Of a stretch of 64,000 nt of DNA, positions 36,543 to 46,502 are shown in pieces. Below the pieces are notes generated by a model that ran no database searches, had not been told where the DNA came from, and was given only the letters and a program-made list of their open reading frames with translations. Source of the DNA: Candidatus Omnitrophota bacterium (lineage in GTDB: Bacteria > Omnitrophota > Gorgyraeia > Zapsychrales > Zapsychraceae); contig DATDQB010000001.1 of NCBI GenBank assembly GCA_035292445.1, positions 7,530 to 71,529 on the forward strand, read 5' to 3'. Position 1 is the first letter of the stretch. Each line of letters starts with the position of its first letter. Position numbers and translations under genes: made by a program.

Positions 36543-37834
36543 AGACGTTGGACAATTTGCTTAAAAACCTTGCCCCTTTCTTCGTAATTAGTGAACATAT
36601 CGAAGCTGGCGCACATGGGGCTTAAGACGACACAATCTCCCCGCTGGGCGCAGGCTTTTGCTTTTTCTACGGCCTCCTCCATGCTCTGGCAGGAATCGAC
36701 CTGCACGACATCTTCAAAAACGCCCTTAATTTTCTCCTTGGCCTCTCCGAAAACAATCATGCGTTTGACCTTTTGCCGGACGCTGTCGCGTAAAACGGAG
36801 AAATCGATATTTTTGTCACGGCCACCGCAGATCATGACAACGGGCTGATGAAAATACGTCAAGGCCCATCGGCCGGCCTCAGCGGTGGTGGCTTTGGAAT
36901 CATTGAAAAAATCGACGCCGTTGAGGGTGCGCACCCACTCCAAGCGGTGCTCGACGCCTTTAAATTCACGAAAAACCTTAAGACACGCCTCTGAAGGTAT
37001 TCCTAAGATTTCACCGACTTGGCAGACGGCCAAATGGTTGGGATTCTCCGTGGCGAAATGCTTTTTTCTTTCCTGCGTATCAAAAAAGAGAACCTTGGCG
37101 GACAGTTGAGAAGCCCATGCCTTTATCTTGTCGTTCTGAGACGTCACTACCGCGAAGTCATCCTTGGTTTGATTCAAAAAGATCTTTGTTTTAGCTTCAA
37201 AATATTCCTGAAGGTTCTTGTGCCGGTCAAGGTGATTATCATTAAAATTCAATAAGACAGCTATCTTCGGCTCAAACCCTTTAAAATGAACCTCCCCGTT
37301 AAAAGAAGACTGCCCATCGGGATCCAACAACGATTCCAACTGAAACGAGCTGACTTCCAATACAAAGTAATCAACGTTTTGATCTAAACAGAATTGGGCA
37401 AAAGGCGTTCCGATATTGCCGCATAATTGGTTTTTCTTTCCGGCTTCAGCCAGCATTAAATGGACCAGGGTGGAAACGGTCGTCTTGCCGTTACTGCCGG
37501 TGACCGCAATGACCGGCTTTTGGCAGAATTGAAAAGCGAATTCGACCTCGCCCAAGACAGGGATCTTTTTTTGCCTCGCCCATTCGACGGGAGGTGAAAA
37601 AAAAGAAACGCCGGGACTCAAAACAACAAGGCCGCTATCCTGAATAAAAGCTTGGGTGTGCCCGCCGTGCTCATAAACGATGCCTTTTTGTTGGGCCCAG
37701 GTCTTAAAATCGCCGTCAAAGCCTTTGTCAGACACTTTGGGGATCGCGCCCAACTGCAATGCCAGATCACATATAGCGCAGCTGCTACGCTTAGCCCCGA
37801 GGACACAAATTTTTGTACCATTCAGCCGCAGCAT
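36539..37834 (-). CDS. murD: UDP-N-acetylmuramoylalanine--D-glutamate ligase
   Basis: IAVTGSNGKTTVSTL. The likely start is MLRLNGTKICVLG at 37834 (track ORF starts at 37894 and overlaps mraY). Confidence 0.88.
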   Translation of the reverse strand: MLRLNGTKICVLGAKRSSCAICDLALQLGAIPKVSDKGFDGDFKTWAQQKGIVYEHGGHTQAFIQDSGLVVLSPGVSFFSPPVEWARQKKIPVLGEVEFAFQFCQKPVIAVTGSNGKTTVSTLVHLMLAEAGKKNQLCGNIGTPFAQFCLDQNVDYFVLEVSSFQLESLLDPDGQSSFNGEVHFKGFEPKIAVLLNFNDNHLDRHKNLQEYFEAKTKIFLNQTKDDFAVVTSQNDKIKAWASQLSAKVLFFDTQERKKHFATENPNHLAVCQVGEILGIPSEACLKVFREFKGVEHRLEWVRTLNGVDFFNDSKATTAEAGRWALTYFHQPVVMICGGRDKNIDFSVLRDSVRQKVKRMIVFGEAKEKIKGVFEDVVQVDSCQSMEEAVEKAKACAQRGDCVVLSPMCASFDMFTNYEERGKVFKQIVQRL

Positions 37835-37836
37835 GG

Positions 37837-38925
37837 TTAACGGATCTTGAGCGTCGTTAGAGTGATCAGCGCTAAAATGATGGCGATGATCCAAAAACGG
37901 ATAATGATCTTGGATTCATTCCAGCCGGAGAGCTGCAGGTGATGATGGAACGGTGACATTTTAAAGATCCGCTTCCGGCGCAACTTAAAGGAAGCCACCT
38001 GCAAAATGACCGATAGCGCCTCCACAACAAACACGCCTCCTAAGATCACCAAAAGCAATTCCTGTTTAATGATGACGGTGATCACGCCCAACGTCCCTCC
38101 TAAAGAGAGCGAGCCCACATCGCCCATAAAAATCTCGGCCGGATAACAATTGAACCAAAGAAACCCCAGACTCGCCCCGAAGATGGCCGCGCAAATAATG
38201 GACAGCTCGCCGGCCCCTGACAAATAAGGCAAGAAAAGGTACTCGCTGAATTTCAGATGCCCGATAATGTAACTTAACACGGCCAGCGTCATGCTCATGA
38301 TCAAGACACATCCGATCGCCAGACCATCCAGCCCATCGGTCAGATTGACCGCATTGGAAGTGCCGATGACGACCAGCGCGACAAAAAGGATATAAACCCA
38401 GCCCAAATCGATGACGAAATCTTTTAAGAAAGGAAAATGAACGGACGTTGATGTGACGGGATAGAAATAAACGTATGAGCCGACGAAACATCCGATCATG
38501 ATCTGCCAAATGAGCTTGGTCCTTTTGGTTAAGCCGCGCTGCGCTCCGATCCGTTTTAGTTTCCTGTAATCATCCACAAACCCCAACACGGCCAGCCACA
38601 AACAGACAAACGACGTCAAAAGGACATACGGGTTGGATAAATCGCACCATAACAAGACGGCAATGAGAATGCTGCCGATGATAAAAACCCCGCCCATGGT
38701 GGGGGTGCCTTCCTTAGAGTGCTGGAATTTATCCAAATCCGGACAGTCTTTGCGTTTGGCAACCTCCTGGATCTTCCATTGCTTAAGTTTTCTTATAAAA
38801 AAAGGGCCGAACACGACGCACAGCAAAAAAGTCGTCAAGGTCGCCATGCCAGCGCGGAAAGTGATGTATCTGAAGATATTCAGACCGAAAAATAATTCCT
38901 TAAATTCGGAGAGATAGTAAAACAT
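37837..38925 (-). CDS. mraY: Phospho-N-acetylmuramoyl-pentapeptide transferase
   Basis: 362 aa polytopic membrane protein with the typical MraY N-terminus and Asp-rich motifs. Confidence 0.92.
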   Translation of the reverse strand: MFYYLSEFKELFFGLNIFRYITFRAGMATLTTFLLCVVFGPFFIRKLKQWKIQEVAKRKDCPDLDKFQHSKEGTPTMGGVFIIGSILIAVLLWCDLSNPYVLLTSFVCLWLAVLGFVDDYRKLKRIGAQRGLTKRTKLIWQIMIGCFVGSYVYFYPVTSTSVHFPFLKDFVIDLGWVYILFVALVVIGTSNAVNLTDGLDGLAIGCVLIMSMTLAVLSYIIGHLKFSEYLFLPYLSGAGELSIICAAIFGASLGFLWFNCYPAEIFMGDVGSLSLGGTLGVITVIIKQELLLVILGGVFVVEALSVILQVASFKLRRKRIFKMSPFHHHLQLSGWNESKIIIRFWIIAIILALITLTTLKIR

Positions 38926-38929
38926 GGCT

Positions 38930-40312
38930 TCAGCTTTTAGAGAATTCGGTTTTTAAAAATCCGACCGTCTGCTCCATTCCCATGCTCCTCGATCCTTTGA
39001 CCAAGACGACGCACTCGGGCCCACAAACGGCCTTTAAACGCTGGTGAAGCTGCTGACGGTCCTTCGTATGATAGGTATATCTTTTTCCTTTGTGTTCTTT
39101 AAGGCCTTCCTGAATGAACCGGGCTTGGTTGCCGTATGTCAAAACATAATCAATGTTTTTAGTGGCCATGAACGCCCCGATCTGCCGGTGCAATCGCTGT
39201 GATTCTTTTCCTAGCTCCAGCATATCAGCGCAAATAACAATCCTCTGCCCTTTCGTCTCAAAGACATTCAGTGTTTCAACCGCACTTTCCAAAGAAAGCG
39301 GATTGGCGTTATACGTGTCATCAATAACGGTCATCCGGCCGCAACGTATGACGTGCAAACGCCCCCCACCATATTTAAATTTAGTAATATTTTTACTAAT
39401 CTTATTATAGGGAATTTTAAACAAAGAACCACAAGAAATTGCGGCTAATGCGTTATATACATTATGCCTCGCCATCGAAGCGACCGTGAACGGATGGCCC
39501 TTCACATAGAAACCAATCCTATTATTGCGCCGAAAGAGCCGGCTGGCCTGCAGATGCGCCCGATAACGGATGCCGAAGGTTATCTTTTTCTGGGTAAGTT
39601 TTTTCTGTACGATTCTCCTTAATACTTTGTCATCGGCGTTATAAATAATGATGCCTTTCGGGTCCATAAAAGAAACCAAGGAAAATTTTTCCCGAAAAAC
39701 ACCGTTTTTATTTTTAAGCCCCTGCAAATGCGCCTCCCCGATATTGGTAAAAACCGCCACCGTCGGCATGGTGATTTTAGCCAACCAGGGGATGTCCCCA
39801 AACTGATTTGTCCCGAATTCGATCACGGCAACCTGAACGCTCTTATTTAAACGAAGCAAGGTCAACGGAACACCGATGTGATTGTTTTCTGTCTTTAAAT
39901 TTTTCAGGACCTTATATTTCGAACTTAAAACACCGGCGATCATTTCTTTGGTGGTGGTTTTGCCGGCGCTTCCGGTGACGGCAATAACGGGGATGTCGAA
40001 TCGCTGCCGATGAAATGACGCTATGTGCCCCAACGCTTTCGTCGTATCTTTCACATAAATAACGCTGACGGAAGAAGGTGCCCTGATTTTTCGCGAGACC
40101 ACGAGCGCACGTACGCCTTTTTCAATCACTTGAGGAATAAACCGATGGGCGTCATGGCGCGCCCCCCGAATGGCGATAAACAGATCCTGCCGCCGGATTT
40201 TTCGCGAGTCGATACTAACCCCTTGGATGGTTCGCGAAGGATCGCCTTGAATAAGCTTGCCTTGGGTAGCTTGTTGGATCTGGCGGAGAGTTAACACAAG
40301 AAAATCCCTCAC
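38930..40312 (-). CDS. murF: UDP-N-acetylmuramoyl-tripeptide--D-alanyl-D-alanine ligase
   Basis: VIAVTGSAGKTTTKEM. 460 aa. Confidence 0.9.
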   Translation of the reverse strand: MRDFLVLTLRQIQQATQGKLIQGDPSRTIQGVSIDSRKIRRQDLFIAIRGARHDAHRFIPQVIEKGVRALVVSRKIRAPSSVSVIYVKDTTKALGHIASFHRQRFDIPVIAVTGSAGKTTTKEMIAGVLSSKYKVLKNLKTENNHIGVPLTLLRLNKSVQVAVIEFGTNQFGDIPWLAKITMPTVAVFTNIGEAHLQGLKNKNGVFREKFSLVSFMDPKGIIIYNADDKVLRRIVQKKLTQKKITFGIRYRAHLQASRLFRRNNRIGFYVKGHPFTVASMARHNVYNALAAISCGSLFKIPYNKISKNITKFKYGGGRLHVIRCGRMTVIDDTYNANPLSLESAVETLNVFETKGQRIVICADMLELGKESQRLHRQIGAFMATKNIDYVLTYGNQARFIQEGLKEHKGKRYTYHTKDRQQLHQRLKAVCGPECVVLVKGSRSMGMEQTVGFLKTEFSKS

Positions 40313-41766
40313 TGTAAAATGGATTGCCTGATGATTTGCCGTTCATCGAATTGGATGGTCTTGTCTTTGAATATCTGGTAGGTTTCGTGCCCTTTGCCTG
40401 CGATCAAAACAATATCCCCTTTTTGAGCCATGCTTAATGCCTTCTTGATGGCTTCCTCCCGGTTGAGGACGACGGTATAATTATCTTTCTCAAAGCCTGC
40501 AACGATTTGATTGATGATCGTTTGTGGATCCTCGCTTCGCGGATTATCGCTGGTGACAATGGCCACATCCGCCAGATGGGAAGCCACCGCCCCCATCACC
40601 GGGCGTTTAGTATTATCCCGATCCCCCCCGCAACCAAAGACCAGGATGATCCTGGCATCGCTGGTCGCCCGCAGCGCGGTCAAAACATTTTCCAGCGCGT
40701 CCTGCGTGTGCGCATAGTCAATAAAGATGGTGAAATCCTGTCCGCATTCGACCCGCTCCAGCCGGCCCGGAACATTTTTAAGGTGCTCCACCCCTCTTTT
40801 GATTTTATCAAGATTGATGCCCTGGCTGACCGCCACGGCAACGGCCGCCAAAATATTGTAAACATTGTAATAACCGACCAATGGACTGCAGATCTGGAAC
40901 TGGCCCGCGGGCGTCTTCACTTTAAACTGGGTCCCTTCCACATTCAGCTGAACATCCTCGGCCATCACCTGGGCCTGATGGCGGATCCCGTAGGTCAAGA
41001 TCTTCGACTCGGTCTTCGAAAGGAGTTTCTTGCCGTAGGTATCATCGACATTAATGACGGCGGTGGCATCAGGTGAGAGTTTAGTGAATAATAAAGATTT
41101 CGCCGCAAAATAATTTTCTCTTGTCTTATGGTAATCCAGATGGTCGCTGGTCAAATTCGTAAAAACGGCCGTTTTAAAATCGATCAGATCGACACGCCCC
41201 TGGTCCAGCGCATGGGAGGAGACCTCCATCAGGCAATAATCGATGCCTTCCTGGAGCAGTTCGGAAAAAAGTTTCTGGTTATCCAGCAGCCCCGGCGTTG
41301 TGTTCTGCGCCGGCAGGATTTTCTCTCCGATGCGGTAATTGACCGTTCCGATAACCCCGCAGCTGCGTTCCGCCTCATGTAGGATCGATTCGATCAAATA
41401 AACGGTGGTCGTTTTCCCGTTCGTTCCGGTGACGCCTACCGTATGCAGCGCTTTTGAGGGCTCGCCGTAAAATCGCCTCGATAACTCTTTAAGGAATTGG
41501 CTTGTGTCGCCTACTTCCAGAAATAGGACATCCTTATCGCTCCCGTATCCATTTTTGTTCTCACTGACAGCGATAACCCGAATACCTTTTTCGATGGCTT
41601 TGGGAATAAAGTCCGCGCCATCGTATTTGCTCCCCTTTTGAGCGATGAAAAGAGCGTCTTTTTCGATCTTACGCGAATCGTTACATATAGCGCTGATCTC
41701 CCATTGGCGGGAAGCAAGAGGAATTTCTTTCTGATAAATACCTTCCAATAATCGTTCGAGGTGCAT
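40309..41766 (-). CDS. murE: UDP-N-acetylmuramoyl-L-alanyl-D-glutamate--2,6-diaminopimelate ligase
   Basis: VGVTGTNGKTTT and the DNPR motif. The likely start is MHLERLL at 41766, preceded by AAGAAGAGG (track ORF starts at 41817). Confidence 0.9.
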   Translation of the reverse strand: MHLERLLEGIYQKEIPLASRQWEISAICNDSRKIEKDALFIAQKGSKYDGADFIPKAIEKGIRVIAVSENKNGYGSDKDVLFLEVGDTSQFLKELSRRFYGEPSKALHTVGVTGTNGKTTTVYLIESILHEAERSCGVIGTVNYRIGEKILPAQNTTPGLLDNQKLFSELLQEGIDYCLMEVSSHALDQGRVDLIDFKTAVFTNLTSDHLDYHKTRENYFAAKSLLFTKLSPDATAVINVDDTYGKKLLSKTESKILTYGIRHQAQVMAEDVQLNVEGTQFKVKTPAGQFQICSPLVGYYNVYNILAAVAVAVSQGINLDKIKRGVEHLKNVPGRLERVECGQDFTIFIDYAHTQDALENVLTALRATSDARIILVFGCGGDRDNTKRPVMGAVASHLADVAIVTSDNPRSEDPQTIINQIVAGFEKDNYTVVLNREEAIKKALSMAQKGDIVLIAGKGHETYQIFKDKTIQFDERQIIRQSILQ

Positions 41767-41782
41767 ACCTCTTCTTTCGTTA

Positions 41783-43501
41783 CTAAAACCGGCCTGCTTC
41801 GCTGGAATTTTGAACAACTTCGGTGGTTTCCGTATTCTTCAGATACTTCAAAGATTTCTCGATGACTTGCTGAAAAACCGGGGCCGCTACGGTTCCGCCG
41901 AAATACCGGGGATACGGTTCATCAAAAACCACAATGGCGGCCAAACGGGGGTTGTCCGCCGGGGCAAAACCTATAAAGGAGGAATAATATTTATTGTGCG
42001 AATAAAGCCCGTCAACCACCTTTTGCGCCGTTCCGGTCTTGCCGGCCACCCTAACACCCTTAATTTGGGCTTTCTTGCCCGTGCCATTATCGACCGCACC
42101 GATAAGGATCTCTTTAACCCTTTTGGCCGTATCGGGGCTGATGACCCGGTCCACCACCGTCGGCTCAAAGGAAGTAATAATCTGATCGTTTTGGTCTTTG
42201 ATATATCTTACCACAAACGGTTTCATGTAAACACCATCGTTAGCAACGCTCGCCAATGCCGCCAACATCTGTAAAGGCGTTGTCGTCACCTCATGGCCGA
42301 TCGGAATGGCTCCGATCGTCGTCTTAGACCACTGGGAGGGCGGCTTCAAATGACCCTCCACCTCACCTTTGAGATTGATCCCTGTCTTTTCTCCGAAGCG
42401 AAACCGTTTGCCGTATTTAAAAATGATCGCCGGCCCCAATTTCTGGGCTATCTTCGTCACCCCGATGTTACTGGAAACCTCGAATACCTCTCTAAAGCTT
42501 AACGTCCCATGGGGGGTGTGGTCATGAAGAATATGGTTAGCGACCCGATATTCCCCTTTTTCACAATATATTTTATCCGTCTCAACGAATTTTTCTTCTT
42601 CCAAAGCGGCGGCTGCTGTCACAAATTTGAAAATAGAACCGGGCTCATAAACAAAACTGATGGCGCGGTTGGTGCGGCTTTCCACACTGCTTTTTTCCAC
42701 TTGGTCTAAGTTATACGTCGGCCGGTTGGCCAACGCCAGAATTTCTCCGGTCGCCGTATCCATCACAATAACCGTTCCCGCCTTGGCGTTATTGCTTTCC
42801 ATAGCTTCATCCAACGCCTGCTCGACAATATACTGGATGGTTTCATCGATGGTCAAAACGACGTCAAAACCGTCCTGAGGAGAAACATAGACCTTTTCGA
42901 TCATCAGCTCCCGCTGCCGCGCATCTCTTAAGATTTGCATTTGACCAGGCTTGCCTTTTAATTCTTTATTTAAAACAAGCTCGAGGCCTTCCAACCCTTC
43001 ATTATCCAAACCGGCAAAGCCGATGACATGAGCGGATAAATTATGATTGGGATAGAACCGCTTGCTCTCATTACGGTAACCGACTCCCTGAATTTTTAAA
43101 GCCTTAACTTGCTCTATCAGCGATTTTGTTACTTTACGCTTGAGCCAGACAAAATACTTATCGCGACGAAGGCGCTCCTCGATAAAATCATGGCTCACTC
43201 CTAATAGAGAAGGTAACTGCGCAATCGCTTTGTTTTTATCTTCCGCCGTCATGATTTTCGGATTGGCATACAACGAAGGGACCGAGACGTTAAAAGCCAG
43301 CGGTCTTAGATTGCGGTCCAAAATACTCCCGCGGATGGGTTCAAGCTCAATGACATAATTATGCTGTTTATTGGCTAATGCGGTCAGATGGGAAGACTTA
43401 AAGACCTGGATAAAGATGAGCTTGACGCAAAAGAAGGAAAAACAGGCAATAAAAACCAAAAAGGTGACAATAAATCTGATAGTGAACTTTTTCGTGTACA
43501 C
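41783..43501 (-). CDS. ftsI: Peptidoglycan D,D-transpeptidase FtsI (class B PBP)
   Basis: N-terminal TM helix, then SIFK (SxxK), SSN and KTGTA motifs. Confidence 0.9.
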   Translation of the reverse strand: MYTKKFTIRFIVTFLVFIACFSFFCVKLIFIQVFKSSHLTALANKQHNYVIELEPIRGSILDRNLRPLAFNVSVPSLYANPKIMTAEDKNKAIAQLPSLLGVSHDFIEERLRRDKYFVWLKRKVTKSLIEQVKALKIQGVGYRNESKRFYPNHNLSAHVIGFAGLDNEGLEGLELVLNKELKGKPGQMQILRDARQRELMIEKVYVSPQDGFDVVLTIDETIQYIVEQALDEAMESNNAKAGTVIVMDTATGEILALANRPTYNLDQVEKSSVESRTNRAISFVYEPGSIFKFVTAAAALEEEKFVETDKIYCEKGEYRVANHILHDHTPHGTLSFREVFEVSSNIGVTKIAQKLGPAIIFKYGKRFRFGEKTGINLKGEVEGHLKPPSQWSKTTIGAIPIGHEVTTTPLQMLAALASVANDGVYMKPFVVRYIKDQNDQIITSFEPTVVDRVISPDTAKRVKEILIGAVDNGTGKKAQIKGVRVAGKTGTAQKVVDGLYSHNKYYSSFIGFAPADNPRLAAIVVFDEPYPRYFGGTVAAPVFQQVIEKSLKYLKNTETTEVVQNSSEAGRF

Positions 43502-43532
43502 CTTATTCCTTCAAGCAAGCCAGAAAAATTTA

Positions 43533-43913
43533 TTATTGCCCTTTGGCTTCAGCGGAAGCGCCAAAAGACATGAAACTGACCAGGGAATTAGATTTCTGCC
43601 CGGCAATCTGGTGGGGTGAGGAAACCTCGCCCGAAAGTTCTCCTTGCGAGGCCTCCAACATTTTAACGTTATCCGAGCTCACAAAATCCATACCCGAATC
43701 TTTAGCCAACAGTTTATGCCCCAGATTATTGGCCGACTTAAGCGTCAGGATGTTATACGTCATATAACCGTTCTCTTCAACGAGATGCCGGATGCTTACT
43801 TCTTTATTTTTTCCTTCATACGCCAATTGAATGATGTTCATTTGCATATGAATGTAAACCAATGCCAACAGCGTCCCAAATCCGATCCATTTAAGAAGTT
43901 TGGATAATCTCAT
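43533..43913 (-). CDS. ftsL: Cell division protein FtsL-like
   Basis: The real start is MRLSKLLKWIGFGTLLALVYIHMQMNIIQLAYEG at 43913 (TM helix plus coiled coil). The track ORF extends through rsmH. Confidence 0.7.
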   Translation of the reverse strand: MRLSKLLKWIGFGTLLALVYIHMQMNIIQLAYEGKNKEVSIRHLVEENGYMTYNILTLKSANNLGHKLLAKDSGMDFVSSDNVKMLEASQGELSGEVSSPHQIAGQKSNSLVSFMSFGASAEAKGQ

Positions 43914-44848
43914 AGCCGTTCCACCGCCCTTAGCCGCGCGCTGCGCGCGCGTGAATTTTGTTCGATCTCCTCTTCCTGCGGCCGCAATGGTTTTTTCGTT
44001 AACATCCGCGCCAGCCCCATGCGGGCAAAAAGACGAAATTTTTGCTTCACGATCCTGTCTTCCAAAGAATGAAATGAGATCACAACCAACCGCCCACCCG
44101 GCGCTAAGTGTTCCATACACTTATCAATAGCCGTTTCAACTTCTTCCAATTCACGGTTGACGGCGATACGAAAAGCTTGAAATGTTCTGGTCGCAGGATG
44201 GATCTTCTGGTGCCGCTGATGAGGCGGCATTGACTTAACGACGATCTGCTTCAAATCATCCGTGGTTCGAATGGGGGATAACGCCCTCTGCCTGACAATG
44301 TTTCTGGCGATACGCAGATGCCAGCGCTCTTCCCCGTACTCTCTAAGGATCTTGGCAATTTCATGCTCGGAGAGGGAATTGATCAGATCATAAGCGGTGA
44401 TCCTGCTTTGTTGGTTCATGCGCATGTCCAAGGGCCCCTCTTTCTGAAAACTAAAGCCTCTCGATTCGTCCTCGAGCTGAAAACTGGAAATGCCTAGATC
44501 CAAAAGTATGCCGTTGACTTTATCAAGGTGTTGTTCTTTGAGGACCTTGTCGATATTGCGAAAGCTCTCATGGACAAATTGACATTGGTGCTCATAGCCA
44601 GTTAAATTTCTCCTCGCCATAAGAAGGGAATGCTCATCCCGGTCAATACCCACCAGCCGCCCGCGAATACCGATGCGCTGCAAGATCGCCTCGGCATGAC
44701 CGCCCAGGCCTAACGTCGCATCCACATAGGTTCCGTTCACCTGCGGCTGAAGATACTGAACCACTTCTTCCACCATAACCGGGACATGTTCCTTAGGCAT
44801 CAAATCTTCATTGCTACCTTCTGTTATACGGGCAAGCGAATCAATCAT
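43910..44848 (-). CDS. rsmH: 16S rRNA (cytosine1402-N4)-methyltransferase
   Basis: HVPVMVEEVV...VDATLGLGGHAE is the MraW signature. Confidence 0.92.
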   Translation of the reverse strand: MIDSLARITEGSNEDLMPKEHVPVMVEEVVQYLQPQVNGTYVDATLGLGGHAEAILQRIGIRGRLVGIDRDEHSLLMARRNLTGYEHQCQFVHESFRNIDKVLKEQHLDKVNGILLDLGISSFQLEDESRGFSFQKEGPLDMRMNQQSRITAYDLINSLSEHEIAKILREYGEERWHLRIARNIVRQRALSPIRTTDDLKQIVVKSMPPHQRHQKIHPATRTFQAFRIAVNRELEEVETAIDKCMEHLAPGGRLVVISFHSLEDRIVKQKFRLFARMGLARMLTKKPLRPQEEEIEQNSRARSARLRAVERL

Positions 44849-44898
44849 GATATCTTTAAACTCAATACCATCCTCAATACAAGGTATATTTTCAAGGC

Positions 44899-45336
44899 CT
44901 ACAAATTGACAAGGTTCTCAGCCAGCTGCTCAAAGGTGCCGCTGGTATTCGCATAAAAATCGCCCCACGTCTGACGGTCCCAGATCTCAATGCGGTTGGA
45001 TACACCGACAACGATCGTATCCCGTTTGATATTGGCGTACTCTTTAAGATAATCCGGAATGATGAACCGCCCCTGCTTATCCGGGCGGACGTCCACGGCC
45101 CCGGCAAAATACATACGGTTAAACCGCCGGGACTCCTGTTTCGTGAAAGGCATGGCCTTGAATTTTTGCTCCTGCGAACGCCACTCATCTTCCGAAAGCA
45201 TGAAAATGCACTTGTCCAAGCCCCGCGTGAGAAAGAACCGCTCGACCGCATACTCTTTACAGACATCACGGAATTTGGCCGGTAGAATCAGACGGCCTTT
45301 TCGGTCAAGACTATGTTTGTATTCACCGTAAAACAT
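44899..45336 (-). CDS. mraZ: Transcriptional regulator MraZ
   Basis: MFYGEYKHSLDRKGRLILPAKFRD. Two DxxxR-type halves. 145 aa. Confidence 0.92.
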   Translation of the reverse strand: MFYGEYKHSLDRKGRLILPAKFRDVCKEYAVERFFLTRGLDKCIFMLSEDEWRSQEQKFKAMPFTKQESRRFNRMYFAGAVDVRPDKQGRFIIPDYLKEYANIKRDTIVVGVSNRIEIWDRQTWGDFYANTSGTFEQLAENLVNL

Positions 45337-45372
45337 TGTTATAACTTATTGTTTGATTAATAGTTACTAAAC

Positions 45373-45398
45373 AACCACCTTACTCCACTTTGCTCCAC
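45373..45398 (-). promoter_or_regulatory. Putative MraZ operator: three direct GTGG(A/T)N repeats at 10-bp spacing in the mraZ leader
   Basis: Minus strand reads GTGGAGcaaaGTGGAGtaagGTGGTT, immediately downstream of the predicted -10. Confidence 0.55.
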
Positions 45399-45407
45399 AG
45401 CTGTATC

Positions 45408-45436
45408 ATTCTATAAGTGTCGCCATCCAAAGTCAA
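45408..45436 (-). promoter_or_regulatory. Predicted sigma70-type promoter of the dcw cluster (Pmra)
   Basis: On the minus strand: TTGACT, a 17-nt spacer, then TAGAAT. Located about 70 nt upstream of the mraZ ATG. Confidence 0.55.
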
Positions 45437-45520
45437 TACAAATAAAAGAATATTTTCTATATTATTGAAAAATAACACGTTGTATAACTTAAAATGTGCC
45501 TTATATCCTTAGTTTTCAAT

Positions 45521-45550
45521 AAAAAAGGACTACTTTATAGTAGTCCTTTA
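45521..45550 (-). terminator. Rho-independent terminator downstream of ribF
   Basis: Perfect palindrome aaaggactact-ttat-agtagtccttt. On the minus strand the hairpin is followed by a T-run (the plus strand shows aaaaaa before the hairpin). Confidence 0.7.
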
Positions 45551-45575
45551 ATAAGATATCTAACTTATATTTATA

Positions 45576-46502
45576 TTACTTTAAGATAACCCTGGCCTTC
45601 CGCTCATCTTTTTCGAGTTGTTGAACCAATTTTTCTTTCACGTTGAACGCCTTTTCATTACGGATTTTCTTGATAAATTCAATGATGATCTCCTGCCCGT
45701 AAATGCGCCGATGAAAATGGAAAATATGCACTTCGATGTTGATGGGGTTATGGCCGGTTGAGAAAGACGGCCGCCGCCCCAAATTAGCCATCCCCTTGTA
45801 TCTTTCTTTTCCCAACCGCACATAAACGGCATAAACTCCCAACGGCGGTAAGATCTCTCCATCAGGGAATACGTTGGCTGTCGGATAACCCAACGCCGTT
45901 CCCCGGCTTTCCCCCCGGACCACTTTTCCCAACAAAGAGACCGGCCGGCCCAATAACCGTGAAGCCTGCTTAAGCTGCCCGCTGGAAATAAACCGCCGGA
46001 TCAAGGTGCTGCCGATCTTGCGCTGTGCGCCCTTGACGGATTCGACCACATGGACCTTAAACCCATGCCTTTCCCCAGCATTCTGAAAATACTGCAAAGA
46101 CCCTACACGATCTTTTCCGAAACGGAAATCATCACCGACAAATATTTCTTTGGGATGAAGATGTTTAACCAGATAACGGTCAATAAATCCGGCCGGCGTC
46201 AGTCGAGAGAATTTCTTTGTAAATTCCTGGACAATACAAATATCCACCTTTAATTGATCCAATATCTTAAGGCGGTAGGCCAGAGAAATAATATAAGGAA
46301 GGGCGATTTCCGGATGCAACACATGAACCGGATGCGGATGGAACGTCAAGACAACGGTACGTCCTTTGAGGGCCCTGGCCCTTTGGACAGCCTTTTGAAT
46401 CAGTTTCTGGTGCCCCCGATGAACCCCGTCAAAAATACCAATTACCAAAACAGCCTTAGGTATAGCTTTCTTGACCCTGCCAATGTTGTATATGACTTTC
46501 AT
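45576..46502 (-). CDS. ribF: Bifunctional riboflavin kinase / FMN adenylyltransferase
   Basis: VLVIGIFDGVHRGHQKLI (FAD synthetase) and a C-terminal flavokinase domain. Confidence 0.9.
   Translation of the reverse strand: MKVIYNIGRVKKAIPKAVLVIGIFDGVHRGHQKLIQKAVQRARALKGRTVVLTFHPHPVHVLHPEIALPYIISLAYRLKILDQLKVDICIVQEFTKKFSRLTPAGFIDRYLVKHLHPKEIFVGDDFRFGKDRVGSLQYFQNAGERHGFKVHVVESVKGAQRKIGSTLIRRFISSGQLKQASRLLGRPVSLLGKVVRGESRGTALGYPTANVFPDGEILPPLGVYAVYVRLGKERYKGMANLGRRPSFSTGHNPINIEVHIFHFHRRIYGQEIIIEFIKKIRNEKAFNVKEKLVQQLEKDERKARVILK

Noticed and set aside
43914-44120. N-terminal extension of the ftsL ORF overlapping rsmH
   Set aside because: Out-of-frame overlap with the rsmH C-terminus. The FtsL TM helix and start lie at 43913.
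44892-45269. 125-aa alternative-frame ORF inside mraZ
   Set aside because: Same strand, different frame from the well-conserved MraZ. Arg/Ser-rich nonsense.
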